Assembly (NCBI GenBank): GCA_963693365.1
Contig: CAVNZM010000013.1
Location: 6,004,640 to 6,068,639 of the forward strand
Length of the DNA stretch: 64,000 nucleotides
Direction of reading: 5' to 3'
Source of the DNA: Amoebidium appalachense
Lineage: Eukaryota; Protista; Ichthyosporea
The translations under genes were made by a program, and so were the position numbers. This document shows positions 20,991 to 34,145 of this stretch, piece after piece (position 1 is the first letter of the stretch; every line of letters begins with the position of its first letter). The notes beneath the pieces were generated by a model. It was not told the DNA's origin. It saw nothing but the letters and a program-made list of their open reading frames with translations, and searched no databases.

Positions 20991-21941
20991 TCAGAATAAG
21001 CTGCTGAGACTGGCACTCAAGGAGCCCCCTCCAAAGCCTTCGGCCCTACGCAGCGCAGGGCTGGTGACGGGGCTGTGGCTGGCGCTGTTGCAGTCTATGT
21101 TTGTAGGGCCGCGGGTGTTGACGATGGCCAGCAGGTAGGCGCGAAAGTCGCACGCCACCTCGGGGTCCATCAGCGTCAGGTGCAGAATGTTGGGGTCGGC
21201 CTCAGCGTCCACCAGTGCCGGGTTGAGAATCAGCTTGGCCAGCTGCTTGCTGTCGCTCAACAGCACATTGCAGCCGCCGATCTCCACGATTGTCCATCCC
21301 CACGGGCAGCTCTACTGCTGCAGCTGGGGTGTTAGGCTTGACGTCGGTAATGCGCCTGTCCTTGAATGTAAAGCCCCACTTGTCCTTGGGTCCCTGGCGC
21401 TGCAGTAGATATGTGCGCGTGAGGGGGGAGTCGCACGTGCTGAGCACGACGTTGTCCAGCGACCGCAGGATGGCCTTTGCCGTGTCCACCGTCGTACTGC
21501 CCAGGTCCTGCTCGTTGACGGCAAGCAGCTGGTCCCCAAACTGCAACCTGCCCGTCATTTGCCGCCCAGCAACACGATTAAGCCGAGCCACCACAATCCA
21601 GGACGCACATTTGCAAGCACAGGCCACACAAAGCAGCGCACTACATAAAAAGAACGTGCAGCACGCTGCCATACCTGCAGGCCGGCGTGAAAGGCCGGGG
21701 AGTTCCTCTGCACACAGCACACAAAGAGGGCACCGTTAAAAGTCACAAGCTCGGCGCCAAACTCCTCATCTACGGCCTTTTCCAGCGCAAGCTCGCGCTT
21801 GAGTGGTCGGTAGTCGTCGTCATACAGGTGGTAGAAGACCAGGCTCTCCGTCGACCCCTTGAACTTTTCCGCACTGCTTACCGCCTGGATAATCTCGCAC
21901 GTATTGCGGCGCCGAACGATGGACAGGTACAGGTCCGACAT
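20991..21941 (-). CDS. Syntenin-like tandem PDZ protein
   Basis: PDZ1 FGAELVTFNGALFVCCVQRNSPAFHAGLQ|FGDQLLAVNEQD and PDZ2 WGFTFKDRRITDVKPNTPAA..IVEIGGCNVL. There is an apparent 1-bp homopolymer frameshift at ~21298-21301. Confidence 0.75.
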
Positions 21942-23782
21942 GTTTGTTGCGTGTTAGGCACACGGCCAAAGACTTCGTCCTCTTGCCCCGCCCTTTTAAG
22001 TAAAGCGCAGCAGCTGCGCTGCCCGGTGTGGGCACAATTGAAGCTGCACGCACAGTTCACAGGTGGTTGGGCAAGTGCTTGTGCCCCCAGTGCTTCCAAG
22101 ATATTTAAGAAAAGCTATCTGTGTGTATGCTTTCATGAGCACCAGGCGCTCTTTTCACAAGATCCCGTCTACTTCCGCTTTACCTAGAAGGTATCGAGCT
22201 GCAGTGGTCTCGCCTGCTTAGCTACATGGATTCACCTTCCCCCTTCCTACATAGACTGTGTTTAGCTACCGAGGATTCACCTACTTGCTCCCTGCCTAGC
22301 CTGCCTAGCTAACGGTGGATTCTCCTGCTTACTTCCTGCCTAGGCTGTTTCAAACAGAAGCAGTTTGGCGTTGACTCGCCTACTTCTCCCTTTCCTAAAC
22401 TGTATCTACTAACTCAGTGATTGTGAGCTCGCCCACTTCAAACTTTCCTAGGCTGTATCTAACAACTAAAATAGGCTCTGCTGCTTCGGGCTTCAGGGCC
22501 TCCTTGGCCACCGGCGTTGAAGGCGGCTTTGACTTGATTCTTTGCAGGGGACCAGCTGGATACAGACGGTCATTTTGACATCTGATCTGTTGCAAATCAA
22601 CATCGAGATACTGTGTAACACCGGCCGTGCTCCATATATTTGGAACATGGTTGGGTATACGGCGAGCCTGTGCAATGCGCACGCGTGCAATGCATATGCA
22701 CGTATATTAATCCGCAGCTAGAGTATGCTGGCAGGAAATTACACCGTTTAATACCAGGCGGAGACACGCTGAGGTGCACTGTAGCGGTCAAGGCTGAGCA
22801 TTTGTGCGACGTCGGGGTCAGTTTGTAACTCGCAGCAACCCAATACTCTGGACCAATGGAAGCCGGGGTTACTTCACAGCCTTTCGCCGGTTCGCATCTA
22901 GCCAGTGGCTCAACTGATCATCTTGAGCCGGCGCACCGCTGCACCGGCTTCAACCGCAGGCGGGCCAGGTGCGCCTCTGAAATGTATGTAAACACCTACA
23001 TCACACCCCTCATCACGCCGTGATGCACCCCTCATCACACCTTGATGCATTACACGGGCCATGGCCCATGCGCATGCCATCACTCGCCTGAGCGCAGAGC
23101 CTCTCCGCACTATATGTTGTCAACCATAGTATTCAAAGCCCATTCAAAATACATACCGTAACGGCTACTTGCAAGGTCGAGCCACACTCTAATTCACCGT
23201 AAGAACGGACGATATGTATTGAGTAGGGCCATGCAGTGGCCCCGTTCCCTGGGGCCGCCGTTCCCGGGCAAATCTGACTCTCCCACAGGGTGAGGTCAAG
23301 TCTGTATATACACCATATTGTTTCCTATGGGTGATGGTGCAGGACTATTCATTCGTAAAAGCGGCCCAAAACAAAGAAGCCCCACCCACTTGTGCACGGC
23401 CTTCTCAACTAAGGGTACCCATGGCCACGCCTGCTGCCGCACGTCCATACACCTACATGTGCTTGCTCAAGTTAATCCAGAACGTCCAACTCCACAAGTT
23501 CGTGCAAGTGTGCATCAAAGCAGTCGGCGGCGGTGTTGTGCGCCACTCACACATTGGCTAGCCTAATTATCCTCCCCAAAATTCGAAATTAGCCCCAGCA
23601 GATTATACAAACCCTCAAGCACGCTGACATGCACACGGCACAGTCTCTTCTTCTCTTTGCTGCTTGGCTGGTGGTTGTGACTGACAGCGGGCTGTGGCTG
23701 TGACGGCCGTGCAGCCAACACCCGCGTGGGGCCACGGTCTTTGGCCATACACGCGGCAGTGGACCACAGAAATGAGCTAATA

Positions 23783-26732
23783 TTAGCTGGTAAATCTTCG
23801 GCGAGGCACTGGGATGGCAGGCACCAGCTTGGACAGGCTGACGTAGTACCTGTATACACACTCATACTGTCAGACGGTGAAGCACATGCACATCCATGGG
23901 GGGAGGGGGGGTAGGAGGGTTGGGGTGGGGGGGGGGAGGCTTGCTTGATAACATGGTGGGAGGGGTGAAGACATACCTGACTAACGTGGGATTGCTGCGT
24001 GCTGCCTCAACATACTCGTCCACGCTCAGCTTCCCATCTCGATCCCTGCGTTCCAAATCAGCAACAGCCCCCCCCCCCCCCCCCCCCCCCCCCCCTCTCC
24101 ATCCCTCACTTGTCAGCCTGGCGGAAGTCCCAGTCCAGGTCGGCATGGAAGGCGGCCTGTGTGGCCTGGCTGGTGGGCACCATGCTGGCCACCAGCCTGC
24201 GGAACTGGGCCTTGTCCACGGTGCTGCCGGCCCCCAGCAGCTCCACGGCCACCCGCAGCTGCTGGTCCAGGTCTATGCCGGGCAGCCGGGCCAGCACGGC
24301 CAGGCAGAAGTCCACGTGGTTGACCTGTGCTGGCGGCTCCTGCACTGCATGTCAGCCACTGCCCGTCCCCCTCCCTCCCCACTTGGCACCAGAGGGCATA
24401 TACGTCCAGGGTGGCAGGGCCGGTCCTGAGCAGGAAGGCCGAGCACAGGCGCAGGGCATTGTCCTGGCTGAAGCCAAGGCCCTGCAGCACCTCCACCAGG
24501 CTGTCGTATTCCACAACCTCCCTGCACACAGTCAGTGCACACAGTGCCCCCCTGTTAGGCCCGCCCTATCTCTACCTACCTGTCCCCGGCAGCCTTGTGG
24601 CAGGCGGCATTGAGGTTGCGCAGGTCAGCCACAGTCACCCCGTGGCTGAGGCACTCCTCTGTGCAGTAGGACAGTGACTTAGTGCGGAGCTGGGCGAAAC
24701 TAATGTGTATGTGTGTGTGTGTGTGTGTGTGTGCAATCAGAAAGGCTAGGGTGGTGCGGGTAAGCAGATGCTTCTGGGTGTAGTCAGAGATCTCGAGGGA
24801 GAGAGTGGTGTGTGCATGCAGTGAGTGAGGGGGTGTGTGGTTGTCAAGTGGGTGTGTGTGGCCGGGGTGGGGTTGGGTACAGGCAGAGAGAAAGTGTATG
24901 TGTAACCCTAACAGATCATATGTGGTCCTAGCATGGGCAGGGCCCACACAGAGGCAGTGTGCAGTCCACTAGGAAACAGCCACCACCAACAAATGAGAAC
25001 CAGCAAGGGCAAGATCTTTGCAGGGATCCCCCTTAGCCTCTGCCCCCCACACACCTATGACGGCCTGGTCTGTGCGGCATGTTTCTGTGACGGCCTTGAG
25101 CATATTCTGTGCTGCAGCCACCCTGTCAGCCCCCTCCCCCCCCCCCCCCTCCCCCCCCCCCCCCCCCCCCTCCCTCCCCCCTCCCCCCCCCCCCCCCCCC
25201 CCTCCCCCCTTCTTCCTCCCCCACTCCTGCCTGTCCTACCTCTGAGGGCATGCACTGTGGCCTTTAGCTTGCCCAGAACTGACCGTCGCCGCAGCAGCTT
25301 GAGTGTATTTTTCAGCTGTGCAGTCTCCCGCACCTGTACCACCCCCTCAGCATCCTCCCCTCCCCCTCCTCCCCCCCCTCCCCCCCCCCCCTCCCCTCTC
25401 CCCTCCCGGCACATACATGGCCATTGACCCAGGGGTGCTGCAGCAGGGCCTGTGCCGTGGGCCGATCCTGTGGGCTGGTGGCCAACATGGTGTCCAGCAG
25501 CTGCTGGGCTGCAGCGCTGATGCCCGCCAGCTGAGGTGGACCCTTTCTCTTCTGGATGCGTGCCAGCACCTCAAACTCGCTGCGCCCTGCCCACGGCCCA
25601 GCCGTCAGCACGCAAGCCACCTGGGCAAGCCCGGCAAGGGGAAACTTACCTGTGTAGGGTACATTGCCGCACAGCCTGCCAACATGGTAACATGGTGGCA
25701 CGGTCAGCACCCCTCCTCCCCCTCTCCCCTCCCCTTCCCCCCTTGTGCAGCACTTACAGGGAGCAGAAGAGCACGCCCACAGCCCATATGTCTGCCGAGT
25801 GGTCAAAGGGCTCATCGGCCAGCCTCTCTGGTGCCATGAACTGGGTGGTGCCCCCACCACCGCCCTCAATCATACCCTCGCTGTTGTGGCCCAGCTCTAC
25901 CTGCCCATCCCCGTCAGGCCGGCCATGGCATTAGCAGGGAAAGGGCTGATCTGTACCTGTAGGGCCAGGCCAAAGTCCGACAGCTTAAGGTGGTTGTTCT
26001 CCAACGCCCGCTTGGATGATATGTCGTGCCTGCCCTAGGGTTAGCTCAGCTGCCTCCCCAACCCTGGGCCGGCAGGCAAGCAGGCACGTACTTGTCCACA
26101 CACAGGATGTTCTCTTCCTTAATGTCGCAGTGGATGATGCCCCGAGAGTGGCAGTGTGCCACAGCCGCCAGTACCTGCCGTAGAATAACACAAACCTCGG
26201 CCTCGCTGTACTCCTGGTGCTTGCATTTGGCTGCTCCAAAATGAGAACCGACACCTCACAACAAATAAAACAAACAAACAAACAAACAAAAGAGAGTGAG
26301 AGAGGCGGAAAAACCGCCTTGGTTGGCAGGCACATACCCAAGGCATCATAGAGGCTGCCGCCGGCCACGTACTCAGTAACTATGACGCATTCCATGCCCC
26401 CCCGTGTCTCGTACAGGCCCAGAAACCCCAGTACGTTGCGGTGCCATTGTGTCTTGCGCATAACCGCACACTCCCTGACCACCTGCACGAACTTCAGTAA
26501 AGCGCCCTGTGCCCTCCCTTTCCCCTGGGTATTCCCTCACATCTTTCAGCGCCTGCCTGTTTGTCTTCTCTATGAACTTGAGCGCACACTTTTGGCCCGT
26601 GGCCTTCTGTGTGCCCAGCCGCACGTAGGCGAACCCCCCCCGTCCAAGGGATTGGCCGATGTCAAACACGTCCTCTAGGGGTTCGGCAGCAAGCAGCCCG
26701 CGTAGCTGCTGCTCCCACACGGCCTCGGGCAT
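23783..26732 (-). CDS. CaMK-group Ser/Thr kinase with a C-terminal EF-hand (calcineurin-B/NCS-like) region
   Basis: LGRGGFAYV, CALKFIEK, EYVAGGSLYD, HCDIKEENIL, LSDFGLA, GTTQFMAPE, DIWAVGV and LLQHPWV, then a basic linker (LKLLRRRSVLGKLKATVHALR), then VNHVDFCLAVL..DQQLRVAVELL..VDKAQFRRLV..FRQADK|DRDGKLSVDEYVEAA. Confidence 0.85.
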
Positions 26733-27474
26733 TGCTTACACACGCAGCTAACACTCAGAAGAGAGGTGGGTACATGACGGTCAAAAAACTAATAGATCTA
26801 ACCTTCTAACCTATAACTTTGAGGCAATAATAATATGTAAGAGCACACAGCCCCCGCACAAATAATGGAGGGTGCGTGGCTAAAAATAGCATCTGCGGTA
26901 AAACAGCTGTTACGTAATCAGTTCAACCGTTCAGTGAGCCGCGTGCACAACAGTGCCGGCACGAATTGCAGAACACTGCAGCTGCACTGAAACACACTTG
27001 AAAGTGTTGCACGAGTGGTTGCACGTGGCTGGCGGAGCTACATATTTACACACTCACTAGGTGACCATTCGATAGTAGCTGTGGACTTATCATAGAATAA
27101 CGCTCCTATAGCATTGTTCGTCAAAACCCATTACACCTTTTAACACACACTACATGAAGGGCGTTTGTCGCACAGTGAGTTTGCCACCGTCTGAAAACCC
27201 TAGCTAACACTAGTGCTCACCTTCGTTTTTTTCTTACCACTACCCGCCTACACTGTTTACGCGGACGAGAGAGGTGGTTCAGCTACGCCACGGCAGCCAG
27301 CGTAGGCCTGCCAGCGCCGGCACGACGAGGTGCAGCCAAAGGCCAGTCATAGTGTACGTGTGCGGTAGCTGGGACCGGGCTTAGTGGCTTTGAGCCCTGC
27401 ACCCAGCCCGCCTTGCACTTGCGCCCGGTCAAACGGCTTGGGCCGGGCCAGTGGGTTGTGAGCGTTTGACCAGT

Positions 27475-27969
27475 ATGGCACCCGGTGGGCTGCTGGCGGG
27501 GGCCGGCCTGGCCGGCCTGGCCCTGGCTCTTGCATACGGCCTGTGTGAGTGGTCCCCACAAGATGCACTTTATGGACCCACATGACCTTTTTCCTCCCTC
27601 CTCTCGGCCCTGCACGGCCCTGTTCCAACACATACGCAAAAAATTCCACAAACATACACTCAGACCCAACTGACTTGGTGCCTGCGCAACTGCATACGTG
27701 CTAATACCGTGCTACCGTCTTGTGGGCCAGCTGTCCGGGGCCAGACCAAGCAACTCGAGAGGGACCTTGCCGCGGAACGCCGGCTCCGGGAACAGGCACA
27801 ATCCAACCGCGCGGCAGAGAGGGCCGGCCGCATAGCTGCAGAGAAGGTGTGTTTTTGCCTGTGTGCATGTAGGCGTGCATGTGCGCGCACGCATGCGCGC
27901 ACGCTGTGTGTGTGTGCGTGCACGCTGTGTGTGTGTGTGTGTGCGCGTGCGTGCGTGCACACGTGCGCG

Positions 27970-28021
<52 letters not shown>

Positions 28022-28514
28022 TGTGTCTCTGTGTGTGTGTGTGCGCGCGCGCCCGCGCGCGTGCGTGCGTGCGTGCGTGCATGTGTGTGCGCATATGTGT
28101 GTTTGTGTGGAGTTGGCGGGGTAGGATGGGTGGGCGGGGAGGAGAAATCCAGTAACTGAAAGGTATGGGCAACAGAAACTCAAAGCGGCCTTGTTGGGGT
28201 CCACGGGCACTCCAACAGAGGTGGGTGGGCAGGGGCCAGGGGACAGGGCAGAGGGGGCTGCAGGGTCTGACCACCGTGCAGGACGCTGGGGAGGTGTGGC
28301 AGTTCCGGCCAATAGGCCACGTGGAGTCGGTCTTCCGTACCCGCCACGGAACCCCGCGCCAGGGGTGAGTATAGGGGAAAAGAGGGGGGGGGGGGGGGGG
28401 GAGGAGGCGGCTGAAAACCTGCCACCTTGGATTGCAGGGTGGTGGTGCCTTTAGCCCGGGCACGATTGAAGTTGTTGAGGACGGCAATAGAGCCTCATGG
28501 TGCGTACACAGGGG

Positions 28515-28560
<46 letters not shown>

Positions 28561-28739
28561 GGGGGGGGGGGGGAGGGGGGGGCGGCAGCTGAGAGGGGAA
28601 GCAGGGGCGCTGCAGGGGCTGGAGGGCTACAGCCACGTGTGGCTGGTCTATGTCTTCCACCAGAACACTAACGCTGCAGCAACGGTCAAGGCAAAGGTCA
28701 CCCCTCCCCGTCTCGGTACGTGCCCTCACGTCCCTGCAG

Positions 28740-28774
<35 letters not shown>

Positions 28775-30127
28775 TTCCTTCACCTCTCCTCCCCACTATT
28801 CTGATCGGCCAGGCAGGCAGCAAGGTCGGGGTGTTTTCCACGCGCAGCCCCCACCGGCCCAACGCCATAGGGCTGACACTGGCACGGCTGGACCGAATAG
28901 ACGGCGACACACTGTGGCTGGGCGGTGTGGACCTGCTGCACATGGTGGGTGTGTGGGTGGGTGGGTGGGTGGGTGGATGGGGTGGGTGGGTGGGTGGGTG
29001 GGTGAATGGGGCGGGTGGGTGCTTGGGTGGGTGGGTGGAAGGGGTGGGTGGAAGGGGTGGGTGGGTGGGTGGGTGGTGGTGGTGGTGGTGGGGGGGGGGG
29101 GGGGGAGAGGATGGGGGGGGATGGGTACCTGCAGCATATGGTGGGTGGGTGGGTGGATGGGGGAGGGGCGAGGGGGGTAGGGGGGCTGGTACCAGTGCGC
29201 GCGCGTGTGTGTGCGTGTGTGTGTGTGTGTTTTCCGGGAGGGGGGCGAGGGGGGGGAGGGGGGTACCTGCTGCAAATGGTGGGGGTATGGGTGGGGTGGG
29301 TGTGTGTGGGGGGGGGGGGGGGTGGGGGGGGGAGGGGGGCGGAGGAAGGGGGGGGGGGGGGGGGGGGGGGGAGGGGGGCGGGGGGTACCTGCTGCACATG
29401 GTGGTGGTGGTGGTTGGTGGTGGGGGGGGGGGGGGGGGGAGGGTAGTACCTGATGCACATTACCGGGGGGGTGGGGTGTGTGTGTGTAGGGGGGGGGGGG
29501 GGGGGGTGTAATCTGCAGCACATGGTGGCCGGGGGGGGTGTACCTGCTGCATATATGGCAGGCACGGGGGCAGGGGAGGAGGGGGGGGGGGGGGGGGGGA
29601 GGGGGGCATTGCTGTGTGTATGCTGACGGAATGGCTTTGCAGACGCCCGTGCTAGACGTCAAGCCATACATAGCACAGTGGGACTCGGTGGCTGATGCAC
29701 GCTGCCCTGACTGGGTGGTTGACCCCCCTGTGCAGCCCTTCGACACAGTGGTCTTCAGCAGTGTATGTGCGCCAAGGGGGCTGGGGAGGTGCTGGAGGGT
29801 TGGATTGGAGCCTGAGGGGGGTTGTGGGGGGGGGGAGGGGGGAGGGTTGCATGGGGGGTTGGAAGGGGGCTGAGGGGGGAGGGGGGGGAGAGATTGCATG
29901 GTGGGGTTGGAAGGTAGGCTGAGGGGGAAGGGGGGGGGGGGGGGGGGGGAGGGGGGTTGCATGGGGGGGTTGAAAGGGGCTGATGGGGAGGGTCCTGGAG
30001 CAGGAGGCTGAGGCTGGGCTGGCAGCCGTGGCCGGGCACAGTGTGCTCTATGGGGACTGTGGCCCCCATACGCTCAGGGCGCTGATAGCAGACGTGCTAC
30101 GTCATGATGTGCGCTCAGGTGTGCCCA

Positions 30128-30176
<49 letters not shown>

Positions 30177-30357
30177 GGGGGGAAGGGGGGGGGAGACAGG
30201 GGGGCTAACATGGAGGGTTGCAGGGCACCAGCGGGAGAGCGGTGGAGCCGGGCAGGTGTATTCAGTGTATCTGGACGTACTGCACGTACAGTGGGCCGTG
30301 GATGGGCGCACAGTCACCGTGCTGAGTGTGACCCTGGCTGACAGCACCCACGAGTAG
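27475..30357 (+). CDS. TRMO: tRNA (adenine(37)-N6)-methyltransferase TrmO/TsaA
   Basis: [71 protein letters not shown] and [10 protein letters not shown]. The N-terminus has a hydrophobic segment and [10 protein letters not shown]. Confidence 0.92.
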
Positions 30358-30365
30358 AGAGGGCG

Positions 30366-30698
30366 CATTTATTGCGACCACAGGAGTAGAAAGGGACCAT
30401 CTATTCCGGCCCCAAGAGTGGAAAGGGGGCATTTATTCCGGCCACAGGGAAAGGAGGCATTTATTCCGGCCACAGGAGTAGGAAAGGGGCATTTATTCCG
30501 GCCACAAGAGTAGGAAAGGGGCATTTATTCTGGCCACAAGAGTAGGAAAGGGGCATTTATTCCGGCCACAAGAGTAGGAAAGGGGCATTTATTCCGGCCA
30601 CAAGAGTAGGAAAGAGGCATTTGTCCCGGCCACAAGAGTAGGAAAGGGGCATTTATTCCGGCCACAAGAGTAGGAAAGGGGCATTTATTCCGGCCACA
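30366..30698. repeat. 32-bp minisatellite, about 10 copies
   Basis: Unit GGCATTTATTCCGGCCACAAGAGTAGGAAAGG, immediately 3' of the TRMO stop codon. Confidence 0.92.
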
Positions 30699-31020
30699 GG
30701 GCCAGACGGCCACCAGCCTCCCAGCACCGCAGGAGGGAACACAACATACGTTTGGGAAATGGCTTGCTAGCAGGCAGAGGAACGAATGCTGCTGGACTGT
30801 ACAGATCAAGACACTGGGCTAGGTTGCTGCTGCCAGGCAAGCGCACATGTAGCTATGCAGTGTGTGCAGCTATAAACAGTAAACAAGGCACCGTTGGTAA
30901 CTGTTGCCGTTTTGAAGTGTAAGATGACGTGCAACCCCTTATCTCTCTGTAAGGAGGATGTGTATGTGGTCTATTGTGCCGGAACGAAAAGTGATGCTGA
31001 GGTATCGTTTGTGCGCGTGG

Positions 31021-31084
<64 letters not shown>

Positions 31085-31099
31085 ATGCGCGCGCGCGTC

Positions 31100-31142
<43 letters not shown>

Positions 31143-31198
31143 CGCGTGCGCCTGTGTGCGCGTACACGTGTGTGTGTGTGTGTGTTGTGTGGTGTGCA

Positions 31199-31309
31199 CT
31201 ATGTGCGTGACCAGCGGTACAGCTTGACTCCACAGTACACGGCCGAGCATCCAGCCACTATGTTGTGCAGCCGCCTCCGCACCCTATTCAACCCCGTCAG
31301 CCCCCCCCC

Positions 31310-31340
<31 letters not shown>

Positions 31341-31351
31341 CCCTTCCCCCC

Positions 31352-31399
<48 letters not shown>

Positions 31400-32467
31400 G
31401 GGGTGCATTACCTGTCATCCTTGCGCACCAGTATGGTGTGGTTGGCGTACTTCTGGGGGTCTGCCTCAAGAGCCATAGGCAGCTCCTCAAAGTAGCGGTC
31501 GGCCCGCACCACCTGCACCCGGGGTTAGAAATAAGGCAGAGAGAGTGAAGCACACTGTCATGGCAGACAACTTATGGCAGAAACAAAAGCATACACTGGA
31601 AAAAAAGAGCACACACAACGGATATGGATCATAAGTGACGTTCAACCGCAGGGGTCTAAAGCCATTTACACTACTCGAATTTCGACCCATTCACTTCACA
31701 TGCAAAACCCAGTGTAAGGGGGAGGGGGGGAGGGAAGGGGGAAGGGGGTGAATGGGTGGGAAAGGGTTAGAACGCGCTACAGCGTCCGAAGTACACATTG
31801 ATGACGGATAAGACAATGCAGAGTGCAAACCACAAATGAAGAGTATGCCTAATAAGCAGAGCCCATCCTCAAGGGGGGCCCAAGTTATCCGCAGTACCGG
31901 AGTCTTAACCCATTCACCTCGTCAACGAAACCAAACTCAGACACAGTTTCACTTGAACATGGGTGGGTCACCCGTCTTGATCAGGGACGAGCCGGGGGGG
32001 GGGGGGGGGGGGCACTGCATGGTATAAAAGACCAGCACACACTTGGTTCCTGCTGCAGCACTCACTGTGCCATGCAGACAGGATAAAATTATTCCCAATT
32101 TAACCTCAGCGCTGTTCCGCAAGTATTATGGTTCACGGATAGTGCCGCTAAATGCATTGTGCTGAAGTAAACAGGGAAGTTCCAGAACAAGGCAGCAAGT
32201 GGCGCCAGCAGCCACGCACCTGGTACTTGCAGCAGCCATCATAGGCCCAGGACACGTCGTAGATCAGCGCACACAGGCTGCTGACAAACCCCGCAGGCAG
32301 CGCCACAACAAGCGTCCCCAGCAGCCCTGTTGCCCTGTTAGGCCAGCATGCCAACCAGCAGGCTGACAGGCAGGCAGGCAGACAGGAAGGCAGGCAGGCA
32401 GGCAGGGAGGGGGCAGGCAGGCAGACAGGCAGGCAGACAGGTGGCTGGGCATGCATGCATGCAGGTA

Positions 32468-32498
<31 letters not shown>

Positions 32499-33963
32499 GA
32501 TGGGGCAATCAAGCAGACAAGCAGGCAGGAAAAGGGCTGGCAGGCAGGCACAAAGGCAGGTATAATAGCAGACACAAAGGCAGGCAAGCACATATGCAGC
32601 AGGCAGGCATATAGGCAGGTTTAAAAAGGCCAACACATGGGCAGGCAGGCGTGCACATATGCAACAGGCGGACACATGTGCCCCAGGCAAGCATATCGCA
32701 GGTAAATAGCAGGCGCATATGCAGGCAGGCACATATGCAGATAAATAGCTGACACATGCAGGCAGGCACTTACGTAGCAGGCAGGCGCATAGACAGGTAA
32801 AAAGCCGACACATAGGCAGGCAGGCAGGCACATATGCAGTAGACAGGCACACATGTAGCAGGCAGGGACATAGGCAGGGATATAGGCAGACAGACTGGCA
32901 TACATGCCGATACAAAGTCAGGCATATTAGCACGCATATTGGCAGGCACGCTGGCAGATAAACAGGCAGGCAGACGCACAGACATGCAGACTCACAGAAA
33001 GGCAGGCAAACAAGCAGGCAGACACAGACATACAGGCAGGCAGACACCCATGTAAACAGGCAGGCAGACACAGGCATGCAGGCACACAACCAGACATACA
33101 GGCAGGCAGACAAACAGGCAGGCACGTACCCGAGACCATGCAGACCACGCCGGAGAGCACTGCACTTTTGTGGAAGAAGTTGCCCACCGTGATGGCAAAC
33201 TCCGTCTCGCTGCCCAGCACCCTACAGCCACCCTGCCTCAGCCTCCCCCCCCCCCCCCCCCCCCCCCCCCCTCCCCTCCTGTCCTCAGGGCACCCACTTA
33301 TTTTGTATGATGATGTAACGTTGTCCGTCCGCCATGGCCTCCTGCACCCCATGTCAAACTTCAACCCCACAACCACTTTGCCCCGACTCCCTGGTCTGTT
33401 GTTTTTACTTCGCACCTCAAGTTCGAATTCCAGATCATGTCGGGGATCTCTCGGGTGCTGGTGGATAACCACAAAGTCCCGGTCCCACTCATCTTCCTCC
33501 TCCTCACCACCCGTTGCCCTGCCCCCACACCATTAGCCCAGCTTCCAGACTAGTGTGGTTGCACACACACGTCCACAGGGAAAGAGGATAGGGAAAGTGA
33601 ATGGGGTTGATAGCATGTCTGGAGCCACCAGGTCAGCAAGGGCGAGGTGGGTTGAAGCCAGCTTTTCCAGTTATCAACCCCCTAGATACATGAGTTCCCA
33701 TCCCAAACAACCCAGCAGCCCCTTCAAAGGGACATGGTTCAGCCAGCACCAGACAAAGTGGCCACTACCCTCCCCATCAGCCACAAGGCTGCCCTCTTTG
33801 CACAGTGCAAGGCACTAGCCACTAGCAAGCCCTTAGGCGTCAACGCCACCACCCAAAGAGCGCATAATGGAAGACTCCCGGCACGCACAGCCACAGCACG
33901 CAGGCGGGCACACACGTACAGCTGCAGGGCCCGGGGTGGGGGAGGCTGCTGCTTGGCGTCCAT
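31199..33963 (-). CDS. TMEM11: TMEM11/PMI mitochondrial morphology protein
   Basis: Exons VIHQH..DLEFELE|EAMADGQRYIIIQ|LGSETEFAITVGNFFHKSAVLSGV|VALPAGFVSSLCALIYDVSWAYDGCCKYQ|..ILVRKDD|RVRRRLHNIVAGCSAVYCGVKLY match the conserved TMEM11 motifs in order. Confidence 0.85.
32350..33125. repeat. Degenerate (CAGG)n-derived intronic satellite
   Basis: GCAGGCAGGCAGACA/CACATATGCAG repeats inside a TMEM11 intron. Confidence 0.8.
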
Positions 33964-34111
33964 GCTGGCGCCTGGCGGCCTAGTGGGCCGCTGGCGAAGC
34001 TAAGGGATGGCCGTGTGCAACAGCAGGCAGGGGCGTCTGTCTGCGCACATACATACATTAACACGCACACCGTAAGGGCTTATGTGTGCGCTCGAGCCCA
34101 CACAAAACAAG

Positions 34112-34145
<34 letters not shown>

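Noticed and set aside
22395-23560. Possible gene between the PDZ gene and the kinase
   Set aside because: The sequence looks complex, but all frames are interrupted and no family was recognised. It may be a decayed gene or TE.
16821-30357. Three SAM-dependent methyltransferases as a functional gene cluster
   Set aside because: They have different folds and substrates and are interleaved with unrelated housekeeping genes. Only the tight head-to-head pair was kept as a finding.
30366-30698. CRISPR-like appearance of the 32-bp repeats (also 57460-58175)
   Set aside because: These are head-to-tail tandem units with no unique spacers, in a eukaryotic context with no cas genes.
30894-31478. Plus-strand 194-aa ORF
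   Set aside because: It is mostly microsatellite and antisense to the last TMEM11 exons.
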